A stretch of 64,000 nt of DNA from Epithemia pelagica (taxonomy: Eukaryota > Protista > Bacillariophyta), in contig OX337229.1 of NCBI GenBank assembly GCA_946965045.2, forward strand, positions 5,084,001-5,148,000, written 5' to 3'. Below are positions 11,259-21,750 of this stretch, in pieces. The notes beneath the pieces are model-generated. The model was not told where the DNA came from, made no database searches, and saw only the letters and a list, made by a program, of their open reading frames with translations. Positions within the stretch are counted from its first letter, which is position 1. Every line of letters starts with the position of its first letter. Position numbers and translations under genes: made by a program.

Positions 11259-13160
11259 ATGTCTTCGTCCTCCCAGCCATCGTCCTTGTCGTCGTCGCTG
11301 TCACGTTACCTTTCCTTGTTGCCGGCTGCCTCGTCCTCGGCTTCCTTTTTGACAAGGCAACAGCAAAACAACCGAAAGCGAAGGAACACCAACCGAGGAA
11401 CCACTCATACAGCCAGTTCCACCACTACCAGTCAGATTCAAACGGACGAGGAAGAGGAAGGGGAAACCGAAGAAGACGAAGAACACGTCCAACTCTTGAC
11501 CCTGCCGCATCCAACCACTACTGCTACTGCTGCGGCTACCTCGGAAGCAGCAGCATTTGCCGTCACATCTTTCTCGGACAATACCAATCATGGATCTCAT
11601 CACCCAGATACGAGTCAAGGGAGCCACTCGTCGTATAACCAACAACAACGACAATTACCTTTGCAACAGGGCGGCACCCTGCCTACTCACACATTGGTCA
11701 AAACCACTACTACAACAACAACAACGACCAAACGAGTTTATGCTTCCACCACTCCTAAAATCAAAAACAGAACCACAACTGCAATTTCAAACACGAACTC
11801 GCTGCAAGTGGCATCACACCAACAACAAGCGCAGGAGGATAGGAGAAAAGCACCACCCAATTCTGCTTCGGTTGTTTCCCTTCTTCCTATACTACAATCT
11901 CCACTTCGATCTTCTTCCGAAGATTCGGCTTCGGGTCGATTGTCATCCAGTCGTCGTCTTCGTCCTTCTCCCAGCAGCCACCCATTGGGCGATGGATCCA
12001 GTAGTAGTGCTACGGTCGCCTACGACAATACACATCCGTCTTCTCAACATTCGTCTTCGGCTTCGTCGTCGGGGAAAACAACCCTTGCTGCTCGAAACCA
12101 TTCGACTACAGCACAATCGAGCCACTTGTCCGTGCCGCAACAACAACAACCACCGCCACCACCACCATCTTCCATACTACCATCCAAACCACCATCCAAA
12201 CCAGCAGCCACAAGGTCTCCCTCTCCTCCACCCCGAAGACGGCAATCGGACCCTCCAGCTCCGACGCATTGGTTGTCCCACCCAGATGGCGGATGTCGGT
12301 GTTGTTGTCCTCCGACCAACCAAGCTGCTGCTTCTTCTTCTTCAGGTCCACACAATATGTGGATGTGGTGCTGGGGTGGTGGAGGCGGTGGATTTCAGTA
12401 TTTAGGCAAGAAGAATTCCATGGCCCTGTGGACCGCCACCACCACAGTGCAGCAAGGGCAAGAGGATACCAAGAATGCACCGGACCACAATGAGTCCGAT
12501 GCGACCGAATCGTCCTTGTGTGGATGCTGTCAATGGGGTGATGCCTTGTATTTGGTGGACGAGTCGGCGCGCGATTACAATCGTGTGGCGGCACATGTCG
12601 GACTGCCATCGGAAAATGCCATGACATCGGAACAAATTTATTTGTACCGCCTCTTGGCCTGTTGTGGAGGATCCTGTCTCTTGGCGTATCGGGCCATGGA
12701 ACTCAAGGTCGCCTACGAACAACAGCACGACATTTTGACCCGTCGTCCCTCTTCGTGTGTTACCAATGGATTGAGTAGTTGTTGTCTCCTTTGGATTTGG
12801 CCTGGACCCGAAGCCTATTGGCCCATGTGCCTCCGTGATTACGAACTTCGCTATGGAAGACCCATGCCACATCCGACGACTGCGAGGACAAGCAGAACAA
12901 GGACGAAACGACACGGAGCATCGAATACCAAGGCACCGTCCACCGACCATTCCAGCAGCAACAACAACGCTACCAAAGGCGTCAAATCGCCCGCACCCAA
13001 TGGAGAGACGACCTCTCTTCCACCCGCACATGGCTCAACGACACATGCTGCTGCCGCAGCAGCTCCTGCGGATTCTTCTGCTACTAGACATGCTGCAAGG
13101 CACCCTCACAACAATGCCACTCGTGTACCTACTTCCCAAACAACCATGGAACGCTATTAA
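11259..13160 (+). CDS. Low-complexity protein with a Cys-rich PLAC8-like region
   Basis: 633-aa ORF with S/T/Q/P-rich flanks. The central region LCGCCQW..LLACCGGSCLLAYRAMELKVAY..SSCCLLWIWP..C..YELR resembles PLAC8 by eye. Confidence 0.6.
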   Translation: MSSSSQPSSLSSSLSRYLSLLPAASSSASFLTRQQQNNRKRRNTNRGTTHTASSTTTSQIQTDEEEEGETEEDEEHVQLLTLPHPTTTATAAATSEAAAFAVTSFSDNTNHGSHHPDTSQGSHSSYNQQQRQLPLQQGGTLPTHTLVKTTTTTTTTTKRVYASTTPKIKNRTTTAISNTNSLQVASHQQQAQEDRRKAPPNSASVVSLLPILQSPLRSSSEDSASGRLSSSRRLRPSPSSHPLGDGSSSSATVAYDNTHPSSQHSSSASSSGKTTLAARNHSTTAQSSHLSVPQQQQPPPPPPSSILPSKPPSKPAATRSPSPPPRRRQSDPPAPTHWLSHPDGGCRCCCPPTNQAAASSSSGPHNMWMWCWGGGGGGFQYLGKKNSMALWTATTTVQQGQEDTKNAPDHNESDATESSLCGCCQWGDALYLVDESARDYNRVAAHVGLPSENAMTSEQIYLYRLLACCGGSCLLAYRAMELKVAYEQQHDILTRRPSSCVTNGLSSCCLLWIWPGPEAYWPMCLRDYELRYGRPMPHPTTARTSRTRTKRHGASNTKAPSTDHSSSNNNATKGVKSPAPNGETTSLPPAHGSTTHAAAAAAPADSSATRHAARHPHNNATRVPTSQTTMERY

Positions 13161-13930
13161 CCACACCTTGAACCATCTTCGAGACAAAGGAAACGCCAAA
13201 CCAAAGACTCACACGTACAAATTTTACCACCAACCACCTATTACAGGAACATAATCACAACCAGTTCTCCGTGCGGGAACCCCCAAGCAACCACCAAACC
13301 ATGCGCTGTATCAATGTGAAATGGGAGGAAGCCTGCCGGACAAACAACAGGACCTTGCCAACTACAAGCCATCACCTACTATTGTGTTCGCTTTGGCAGA
13401 ACCTCTCACCGTTCTCCGGCTTCATCCTACAATTGTATCAACCAAACGCATTGGATTTAAATGGTACGGGTTGTTCTTGAAACAATTGCTTGAAGACCAC
13501 ACATACCCACGATCCCGACGTACAAATACTCCTCCTATAATTAACACCAATAAGATACCATGTCTCGATGTGTAGATGGTTCTCGTACCCACAAAAGAAA
13601 CTTCACACTGCGATTGAGTGACAACACAGATTGTAAAGGTCCTGGGAAGTGGCATTGTGATTTCTCCCGTAGGTACGTACGCTTAGGCCGATGGACTTGT
13701 CTGTGAAAACAGTTCTAGAGCTAGAGGTATATTCTATGCCATGCGAAGCCGCGCGTCGAGGCTCGCGGCCGAACGCGAACCAGGCCTGGCTAGTCGCATT
13801 TGATTCCCTGCCGATGCCGCCTCCCCGCCGGCAGCGTTACGTAATCACGCGTGGCATGCCGCGGCAGCCGAGCTGCTTCTAAAGACCAGTTGCATATTCG
13901 TGCAGTTTTTTACAAAAACAAAAAAACAAC

Positions 13931-14010
13931 ACACATACAAAACATTTTCGTTGCGCGAATGAGAATGAGCACACATACAAAACATTTTCGTTGCGCGAAT
14001 GAGAATGAGC
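13931..14010. repeat. Perfect 40-bp tandem duplication upstream of the disrupted surface-protein gene
   Basis: ACACATACAAAACATTTTCGTTGCGCGAATGAGAATGAGC occurs twice (13931-13970, 13971-14010). Confidence 0.95.
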
Positions 14011-14143
14011 ACCAATACGACCAAGAGATCTTTGGCCACAATCCGCGCAAACCAACTTGAAAGACAATTGCGGTGTGGCCTGGTAACAAAAGAAAACCTG
14101 ATCATGCGATTCATCTTGTTCTTATTCCTCCTTCCCATCGCCT

Positions 14144-14926
14144 TGTTAGAATTCTCACCGTCTATGGTGGTTAGATTCTACATCTCATCGATTCCCCATG
14201 TCACATAGCCTCGTGCTATCGCATCATGCCCTCTAGCTTCGAGCTATGTTTCCTAGCTTCGCGCTATATCGACCTATATTTCTTCGCAAATCATGAAAAG
14301 TGAGAATAGATTGACGAACTCACTCTCAAGACTAAACTGGGTCGTGCGGTATTACAACGGACATAAATTTGGCCGTTGCTCGGACATTATACTAACGCCC
14401 TAAACATACGCGCCCGAAATCATCGAGCGCACCCAAGCGACATCCGAGCGCTATCGGCATCTATCCGATCCAACGGTCTAAGTATCCCAAGCACGACACA
14501 CGATCACGCGAGACCATATTTCCATTCCCACAATCTCCAAATTGTCAACAAGCTGCGCGCCATGAAAACAACTATGCCAACCCAAAGCAAGAGCTGTTGA
14601 CCCTGTATATGTTATCCGCCCACATATACATGTCATATACATCACATGAATCAACTCCAACTATTCCAAACCTGTTGCCGCCAAGAACCTATGACACATG
14701 ACCCTTGGCAGGACCGAACATTTCACGTAGACCTATCGTAGTAATCAACACACAATCTAACAATATCACCATTTATCACATCCTCTTTTGTGTCCCGACT
14801 ATCCTTCTGATAGACTTCGACTTGCTTGCTTCTCTGACCCTGAGAAGCTTGTATCGGTTGGTGACCTACCTGATTGTCTGCTCTACCGAGCATCAATGTC
14901 CCTACGATTCAGAAAGAATTGTAACA
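14144..14926 (+). repeat. 5' LTR (783 bp)
   Basis: TGTTAGAATTCTC...TTGTAACA. I found no difference from 21745-22527 by eye. Confidence 0.97.
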
Positions 14927-14944
14927 GATTAACAGTCTCAAAGC
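14927..14944 (+). promoter_or_regulatory. Primer-binding site, complementary to a tRNA-Asn(GUU) anticodon arm (half-tRNA priming)
   Basis: GATTAACAGTC directly follows the LTR. Its reverse complement GACTGTTAATC is G30-A31-C32-U33-GUU-A37-A38-U39-C40 with paired stem bases. Confidence 0.7.
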
Positions 14945-14962
14945 TTATTTCCTTGTGGTTTC

Positions 14963-15742
14963 ATGGATACTAACGAGATTATCACTCCTGTACGACAGAT
15001 CTATCGAGCCAACCTGCATCCCGGGCAGCCCGATACCCTGGTGCAGCAGGAACTGGTGCCGACGCCGAAGGCAGCCAACACATCGGTCAACATCTCCGTC
15101 GACAGTTCCAACAGCAATCCATTCGAGACTCCAACCCAGCCTCACGCTCCGATCCCTGCGCCGTTGCTTCGGCCCCCGAGTCCGCCTCGTCGGCTCGTCC
15201 CTTCTCGATCCCGTCGTACCACCCGGTTGATTGCTGATCATATCAAGTACTTCCGCCAACCAACTTGTTCGACCTTCGATCCCGAGATCATTCGTGGGGA
15301 GACCCAGATCGAACGCCAGTTCCAATCGGTGACCCACATCGTCGACCAAGAAGACATTGACCGTCTGAACGACCAACTTCATCGTTCTCCGAGGCGTCGC
15401 CTCATCTTTGCCGCCCTCTCGGGCAACCCCATCCGTACTGTCCACCTCCGCTTCCTAACCTTCGAGCGCCCAACTGGATACTACAATACCATCCACGTCG
15501 TGAACACGACGACTTGCCCTCTGCCTCCCAACGTTGTACGCCTAGATAACTACGTTGCCTACATCCACGAGGTCCATACCATCGAGGACCATCGTGCAAC
15601 TATCTACCCTTTGCGTGCCGAGGTCGAGAACCACCTGGCTGAAGGTGATTCCCCTTCTTCTGTTGCTTGTGCTGCCCCATCTGAGCCTGGAAGCGACTCT
15701 GATCATTCGGAAGAGGGTGAGGATTCGGAGACCGAAGCTTAA
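14963..15742 (+). CDS. Extra retroelement ORF (259 aa) upstream of gag-pol, function unknown
   Basis: Clean ATG..TAA ORF between the PBS and gag. Pro-rich N-terminus, globular-looking core, acidic C-terminus. Confidence 0.7.
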   Translation: MDTNEIITPVRQIYRANLHPGQPDTLVQQELVPTPKAANTSVNISVDSSNSNPFETPTQPHAPIPAPLLRPPSPPRRLVPSRSRRTTRLIADHIKYFRQPTCSTFDPEIIRGETQIERQFQSVTHIVDQEDIDRLNDQLHRSPRRRLIFAALSGNPIRTVHLRFLTFERPTGYYNTIHVVNTTTCPLPPNVVRLDNYVAYIHEVHTIEDHRATIYPLRAEVENHLAEGDSPSSVACAAPSEPGSDSDHSEEGEDSETEA

Positions 15743-16062
15743 TTACTCATAGTTAACTCCCGTCCTCTCAAAACCTTTCCAAGACTTAAACTCAACGCAC
15801 ATCCGGGTACCCTTGGTCGCACAACACGCCACACATTCCCGTCAAATCGCGAAAATTCGGCGAAAATTTGTTGAAACTCGGCGAAAATTTGTCGAAATCA
15901 ACGGAAATTTCCAGGAGTCGCACATCACAACACACATCCGGGTATCACATACGTGGTACATACGTGGCACACGTGGTACATCCGGGTTCACATCACATCA
16001 CACATTAAATAAACCACATCACACCGCACATTAAATAAACATCGAACCAACCAAATAACACC

Positions 16063-19000
16063 ATGGATCCTCAATCACCCAAGACACCTACGACTCCTAA
16101 GGGAGAAGATAACCAAGACAATGTCTCGGACACAGACCTATTCGACCACATCATATTTACTGTCTGCCAATTCTTCACCAAAGAAAGGGCCGACTACTTA
16201 ATGAAGTGGATGAAATACCATGGTTTTGAGAACATTACTCATGTTATCTCGTATATGCAAACTAATACCGAGGAATCCATGAAGGAACTGACACAATACA
16301 AGGTCAACAAACAGACACATGATCTGCAAGGCCCTACAAGACAGCAGATCAAGCTCTTGGCTTATTGGGCCACATACAAGACCAATGAAATTCAAGACGA
16401 GCTATCCAATAGCGACTGGATGAACCTAACGAGGAAAGAGTTCAACACTTGGAGGATCAACACAGATTTCTCTAAGGGACCACCTAGCCAAGTCCCAGTC
16501 TCGCCAATGAAGTCACCGTCATCTGTGAAATCTGTCAGCACAGTTACTGCCGCATCCCAATCTCAACAAGACCTTACAGCATTCAGAAAGGGAACTAAGC
16601 GCGACGCAACTGCATATGAGGTATTCAAGGATGAACGATACTACGATTCATTCTGGCGTGTATTCAAGACTACAGCTAAGGCTCAAGGCCTATCCAACGT
16701 TCTGAATTTCAAATACACACCACCCCATGATGATGAATATGCCGAAGAACTTTTTCAAGAGCAACAAATATTTCTTTACTCCGTTCTTGTCCGTATCATT
16801 CAGACTGATCAAGGTCGAGCCTATGTACGTGAACATGAACATGATGAAGATGCGCGTGCCGTATTGCAGAAGTTACACTCTTTGCATACCGAATCCGACC
16901 TAGCAAAGCGAGAAGTCCTCCGCTTAACCAACTACATTTCCAATCTACGTCTTGACGACACATGGCGCGGAACAACACGTCAATTTCTTCTACACTTTCA
17001 AGAGCAGCTACGTTTGCTAGACAATTTAGTGACATTGTCTGATCGCATCCCTGATCATACCAGGATGACCTTCCTCATGCAAGCTGTAGAAAAGGTACCT
17101 GATCTCCGCCGAGTCAAGATCTTGGATAATGTGGTGAACACCAAATCCGGTGCAAAATCCCTTTGCTATCAATCATACTTCCGTCTCCTTCTAGACGCAG
17201 CTTATGACCATGATCAAGCAACCCAGTCATCTGTTCATAGTCGCCGTCGACATGTCAAACAACATGAATCACTATATGGCCAAGATACAGATGCTGACAT
17301 AACCTCACAAGATGATATGGAGTATCATGTCCACAACACCAAAGTGACATCTGAATCTCCATCCTCTTCGTCCAAGGTTAGTCTACCGCGTGACCTATGG
17401 TTCAAACTTTCTGAAGAAGATCGCAAGTTGATCATTGAGTATAACAAGATGATTCAAGCACCTTCATCAACAACACCGAGGACAGTGCAAACACATGCCC
17501 TCGACATTGATCCGGAACCTGATCCTGACCCCAACCAAGTTGCATCTGATGACGACTCACCTGGCGTAGTCCCTGAGCATTCAGATGATTCAGATCCGGT
17601 TACACAATTTATCAACCAAGCCATGACGACTGATATCAATCACCCGGCAACTGACCTGACTAGTGTTCTTTCTAACGCCAAGTCCAAGACAAGCAAGAAG
17701 GTTACTTTCAAAGCCAACATGCATAAACAAGCAGGACATGTCCCACGCTATCTGTTTTCCAGGAAATCTACTTTACCAGGGAATCAATTGATTGACCGTG
17801 GTGCTAATGGAGGACTTGCTGGTTCTGACATGCGCATCCTTTCTAAGACTGGCCGTCATATCACTATTGTGGGTATTGATAACCATGAACTTACTGGACT
17901 TCCTGTCGTCACATGTGCCGCAAAGTTTGAGACCAATGATGGACCTATTGTCGGCATCTTCAATGAATATGCTTATTATGGGAAGGGCTTATCTATCCAT
18001 GCTCCTGGTCAATTCGAGCATTTCGGACTTGCTGTTGATGAACGATCTGTTAAAGTTGATGGTAAACAACGCATCACTACACTTGATGGTCGTGCCATAC
18101 CCCTTCACATCAAGGATGGGTTAGCCTACATCCACTCCTTGGGTATCCCCAGCGACGATGACATGGATACCTTACCTCAGATCATCTTCACGTCACCCGA
18201 CACATGGGATCCTGGTGTTCTGGACCATTCGTATTCTCCCACACCCTCTGACAATGATCCTGATTGGAAACACGTTAAGACTGATGGTAGTATGTCGAAC
18301 CACCCATATGACAACTATGGGGAGTATACTGATCGTGTTGTTTGTAACCTCAATCTCCTTTTGGATCTCCCATATGATCATGGACCTGACGACGCACCCT
18401 TCTTTTCTATCTATGCTGACGCAGAAGGTAATGATCCTACACTTCATGCCTCTGTCCACCGTCGTTACCAGGAAGCGTATGACTGGAAGAAGTTCCGTCC
18501 ATTCTTTGGTTGGCAATCTGAAGATGTTATTGCCGATACGTTCAAGCACACTACACGTAATGGTAGCATTACTTTTGACCACGACACCCTCAAGAAACAT
18601 TTCAAGGCTCGCAATCCGGTCCTTAATATACCTCGACGTCATGAACCCGTTGCTACTGACTCGGTTTTCTCCGACACCCCTGCTGTTGACCATGGCGGTA
18701 AAGTCGCACAAATCTTTGTTGGTCGCGATACTCTGGTTACTGATATCTATGGGATCAAGTCAACCAAACAGTTTGTCAATACTCTCCAGGATAACATCCG
18801 GTTTCGTGGTGCCATGGAGACCCTTATCAGTGATGGTGGTTCATCTCTCATCTCTCAAAAGGTCAAAGACATTCTTCGCACTTTGCTTATTGGGGAGTAT
18901 CGATCTGAACCTTATCATCAACACCAGAATAAGGCTGAAAACCGTTATCAGACCGTTAAACGTATGACCAACGCTCTCATGAATGCCACTGGTTGCCCTG

Positions 19001-21750
19001 CCAACACCTGGCTTCTTTGCCTTGAGTATGTCTGTGACTTATTGAACCATACGTCTTCACCCACCCACTCCGGTCGCACTCCTCTTGAGGCTCTCTCCGG
19101 ACGCCCACCCGACATTACTCATCTCTTGTTCTTTCCTTTCTGGGATGAGGTTTACTACCGTGTCGACCCCGCTGAACCCACTTCCGGTTCATATCCATCT
19201 TCTTCTGATGAGAAACTTGGCCACTGGGTTGGTTTTGCTCACAACGTTGGTGATTCTTTTACTTGGAAGATTCTCACCCAGGATAACCAGATAATCTACC
19301 GTTCTGCCGTTTGCCGTGTTGAATCCACTACACCCAACCTCCGTGTGGATCGACCTTCAGGGGAGGATTCGTCTGAGAAGGATGACAATGATAAGCAAGC
19401 TGACACTGTCTTCATTCGCAGTGATAGTGAAGATCCATCCAAACCAATGCCCACGATCGATTTTGACGACATGATAGGACGCACATTCCTATGCGACACA
19501 GAAGAAAATGGGGAGCGACACCGTGCACGTGTCATCAAACGAGTCATTGATCTTAATGAAGAAGCAACGAAACAGGAAGAACGTGTCAAGTACATCTACC
19601 GAAAGACAAATTCTGATGTTGATGAGATGATATCCTATAATCAACTCATGGAGTATATCGAACGAGATAACCAAGCTCAAACCTCTGGAGATAATCTTTT
19701 CAGGTTCAGGGATGTCATTGCCCATCAAGGCCCACTGAACACAACTGATCCAGATTACAAGGGGAGCAAATATAATTTGCTTGTTGATTGGGAAACTGGG
19801 GAGACTACCTATGAACCTTTATCACTCATCGCCAATGATGATCCGATCACTGTAGCAATTTATGGAAAGAAACATGGTTTACTCAACGAACCTGGATGGA
19901 AGCATTTGAAACGTTATGTCAAAACAAGCAAACGCCTCATTCGAGCAGCCAAACAGTCAAGGATTAAACAAGTTCACCATTCCGTCAAGTATAAGTTTGG
20001 ATTTCAAGTACCACGCAATTATGAGGAAGCTGTCGCTCTTGATAAACAACATGGCAACACAAAGTGGCAGGATGCAACAGAATTAGAATTGTCACAAATC
20101 CAGTCCTACAAGACATTCAAGGATTTTGGGAAAGCCATCTTCATTAAAGGGAAAGTATCCAATGCACCTGAAGGATATCATAAGATACGTGTGCATCTTG
20201 TCTTTGACGTAAAACATGATGGACGACATAAAGCAAGACTTGTCGCAGATGGACATCTCACAAAAGAACCTGTTGAGACAATCTATTCAGGTGTTATTTC
20301 CATTCGCAACCTCCGCATTGCCTTATTCCTGGGTACTTTGAATGACTTGGAAATATGGGGAGCAGATATTGGAAATGCATATCTGGAAGCCTTGACAGGG
20401 GAGAAAATTTTCATTGTCGCAGGACCTGAATTCAAGGAATTAGAAGGTCACATCCTGATTATATACAAGGCACTTTATGGATTGAAGTCATCAGGCGCAC
20501 GCTGGCATGATGTCTTATTCGATGTTTTGACAGACATGGGATTTTCACCAAGCAAAGCAGATCCGGATATCTGGATGAGGAAAGCACCTGGAGAAGACTG
20601 TTACGAATACATTGCCGTATACGTTGATGACTTAGCCATTATTTCTACTGATCCTGGGAATATCTGCAAGATCCTGAAGGAGAAATACAACTTCAAACTC
20701 AAAGGAGATGGACCTATTGATTTCCATTTGGGATGTTGTTACACCAAGGATTCTGATGGAACATTCGTAGCAGATCCAAGACGCTACATTGGTAAGATGA
20801 TGGACACTTTCGAACGAATCTTCAAGGAGAAACCCAAGAAAGCCAAAACACCTCTTATTGGTGGAGACCATCCTGAATTGGATGATTCTGAGCTCCTTGA
20901 TGAAGAAGGTACTAGCCATTTCCAAACTCTGATTGGACAACTCCAATGGGTGATCACTATTGGTCGTTTCGACGTCTTCACCGCTACAATGACGCTATCA
21001 CGCTTTCGTGCTGCTCCGAGGAAAGGACATCTTGATAGAGCCAAGCGTATCTATGGATACCTTGCACATCTCCCAGAAGGCGCAATCAGATTTAGGATTG
21101 GAGAGCCTGATTATTCAAGTCTTCCTACCCAAGAATTTGATTGGACTCGCACTGTCTACTCGAATGCAAGTGAACGTATTCCTGAAGACTGCCCAACACC
21201 TCTTGGCCGCTATGTTACCACAACTCATTATGTTGATGCCAATCTCATGCATGACATAGTCACTGGTAAATCCGTCACTGCTGTTCTACATTTGTTGAAC
21301 GGAACACCTATTGACTGGTACAGCAAGAGACAGAGCACGGTGGAAACTGCTACCTATGGATCCGAGTTTGTGGCTGCAAGGACAGCAATAGATCAGATTA
21401 CAGAATTACGACATTCTCTCCGCTACCTTGGAGTACCTATCCGAGAGCGAAGTTACTTGTACGGAGATAACAGATCTGTTGTGCTCAATGCAACCGTTCC
21501 TCACTCCATACTATCCAAGAGACACCATCTTCTGTCATACCACCGAGTTCGTGAAGCCATCGCAGCAAAGTATGTTGCATTCTACTGGAAAGATGGAAAG
21601 ACCAACCCTGCCGATATCCTTAGCAAACATTGGGATTTCGTATCTATTTGGCCCATGCTCAAGCCATTGTTGTTTTGGAAAGGAGAAGTTCAAGATCTCA
21701 ACAAATCCAATGATGACAAGGCTGAAACGACGAGTTGTGGGGAGTGTTAG
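16063..21750 (+). CDS. Copia Gag-Pol polyprotein, 1895 aa, intact
   Basis: Protease LIDRGANGG, integrase VATDSVF..LISDGG..SEPYHQHQNKAE, RT KARLVADGH..LYGLKSSG..YVDD, RNase H YVDANL..STVETATYGSEF..NPADILSK. The order PR-IN-RT-RH is Copia. The stop codon lies in the first 6 nt of the 3' LTR. Confidence 0.98.
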   Translation: MDPQSPKTPTTPKGEDNQDNVSDTDLFDHIIFTVCQFFTKERADYLMKWMKYHGFENITHVISYMQTNTEESMKELTQYKVNKQTHDLQGPTRQQIKLLAYWATYKTNEIQDELSNSDWMNLTRKEFNTWRINTDFSKGPPSQVPVSPMKSPSSVKSVSTVTAASQSQQDLTAFRKGTKRDATAYEVFKDERYYDSFWRVFKTTAKAQGLSNVLNFKYTPPHDDEYAEELFQEQQIFLYSVLVRIIQTDQGRAYVREHEHDEDARAVLQKLHSLHTESDLAKREVLRLTNYISNLRLDDTWRGTTRQFLLHFQEQLRLLDNLVTLSDRIPDHTRMTFLMQAVEKVPDLRRVKILDNVVNTKSGAKSLCYQSYFRLLLDAAYDHDQATQSSVHSRRRHVKQHESLYGQDTDADITSQDDMEYHVHNTKVTSESPSSSSKVSLPRDLWFKLSEEDRKLIIEYNKMIQAPSSTTPRTVQTHALDIDPEPDPDPNQVASDDDSPGVVPEHSDDSDPVTQFINQAMTTDINHPATDLTSVLSNAKSKTSKKVTFKANMHKQAGHVPRYLFSRKSTLPGNQLIDRGANGGLAGSDMRILSKTGRHITIVGIDNHELTGLPVVTCAAKFETNDGPIVGIFNEYAYYGKGLSIHAPGQFEHFGLAVDERSVKVDGKQRITTLDGRAIPLHIKDGLAYIHSLGIPSDDDMDTLPQIIFTSPDTWDPGVLDHSYSPTPSDNDPDWKHVKTDGSMSNHPYDNYGEYTDRVVCNLNLLLDLPYDHGPDDAPFFSIYADAEGNDPTLHASVHRRYQEAYDWKKFRPFFGWQSEDVIADTFKHTTRNGSITFDHDTLKKHFKARNPVLNIPRRHEPVATDSVFSDTPAVDHGGKVAQIFVGRDTLVTDIYGIKSTKQFVNTLQDNIRFRGAMETLISDGGSSLISQKVKDILRTLLIGEYRSEPYHQHQNKAENRYQTVKRMTNALMNATGCPANTWLLCLEYVCDLLNHTSSPTHSGRTPLEALSGRPPDITHLLFFPFWDEVYYRVDPAEPTSGSYPSSSDEKLGHWVGFAHNVGDSFTWKILTQDNQIIYRSAVCRVESTTPNLRVDRPSGEDSSEKDDNDKQADTVFIRSDSEDPSKPMPTIDFDDMIGRTFLCDTEENGERHRARVIKRVIDLNEEATKQEERVKYIYRKTNSDVDEMISYNQLMEYIERDNQAQTSGDNLFRFRDVIAHQGPLNTTDPDYKGSKYNLLVDWETGETTYEPLSLIANDDPITVAIYGKKHGLLNEPGWKHLKRYVKTSKRLIRAAKQSRIKQVHHSVKYKFGFQVPRNYEEAVALDKQHGNTKWQDATELELSQIQSYKTFKDFGKAIFIKGKVSNAPEGYHKIRVHLVFDVKHDGRHKARLVADGHLTKEPVETIYSGVISIRNLRIALFLGTLNDLEIWGADIGNAYLEALTGEKIFIVAGPEFKELEGHILIIYKALYGLKSSGARWHDVLFDVLTDMGFSPSKADPDIWMRKAPGEDCYEYIAVYVDDLAIISTDPGNICKILKEKYNFKLKGDGPIDFHLGCCYTKDSDGTFVADPRRYIGKMMDTFERIFKEKPKKAKTPLIGGDHPELDDSELLDEEGTSHFQTLIGQLQWVITIGRFDVFTATMTLSRFRAAPRKGHLDRAKRIYGYLAHLPEGAIRFRIGEPDYSSLPTQEFDWTRTVYSNASERIPEDCPTPLGRYVTTTHYVDANLMHDIVTGKSVTAVLHLLNGTPIDWYSKRQSTVETATYGSEFVAARTAIDQITELRHSLRYLGVPIRERSYLYGDNRSVVLNATVPHSILSKRHHLLSYHRVREAIAAKYVAFYWKDGKTNPADILSKHWDFVSIWPMLKPLLFWKGEVQDLNKSNDDKAETTSCGEC

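Noticed and set aside
8944-13655. Many overlapping 60-280 aa ORFs on both strands
   Set aside because: These are alternative-frame and antisense shadows of low-complexity coding sequence, with no independent motifs.
14376-14973. Short ORFs inside the LTRs (repeated at 21977-22716)
   Set aside because: They are duplicated only because the LTRs are, and have no coding hallmarks.
17788-17814. Protease active site reading DRG instead of D(S/T)G
   Set aside because: As far as I recall, L(I/V)DRGANGG is the usual form in this diatom Copia lineage. I treat it as a family trait, not an inactivating change or a novelty.
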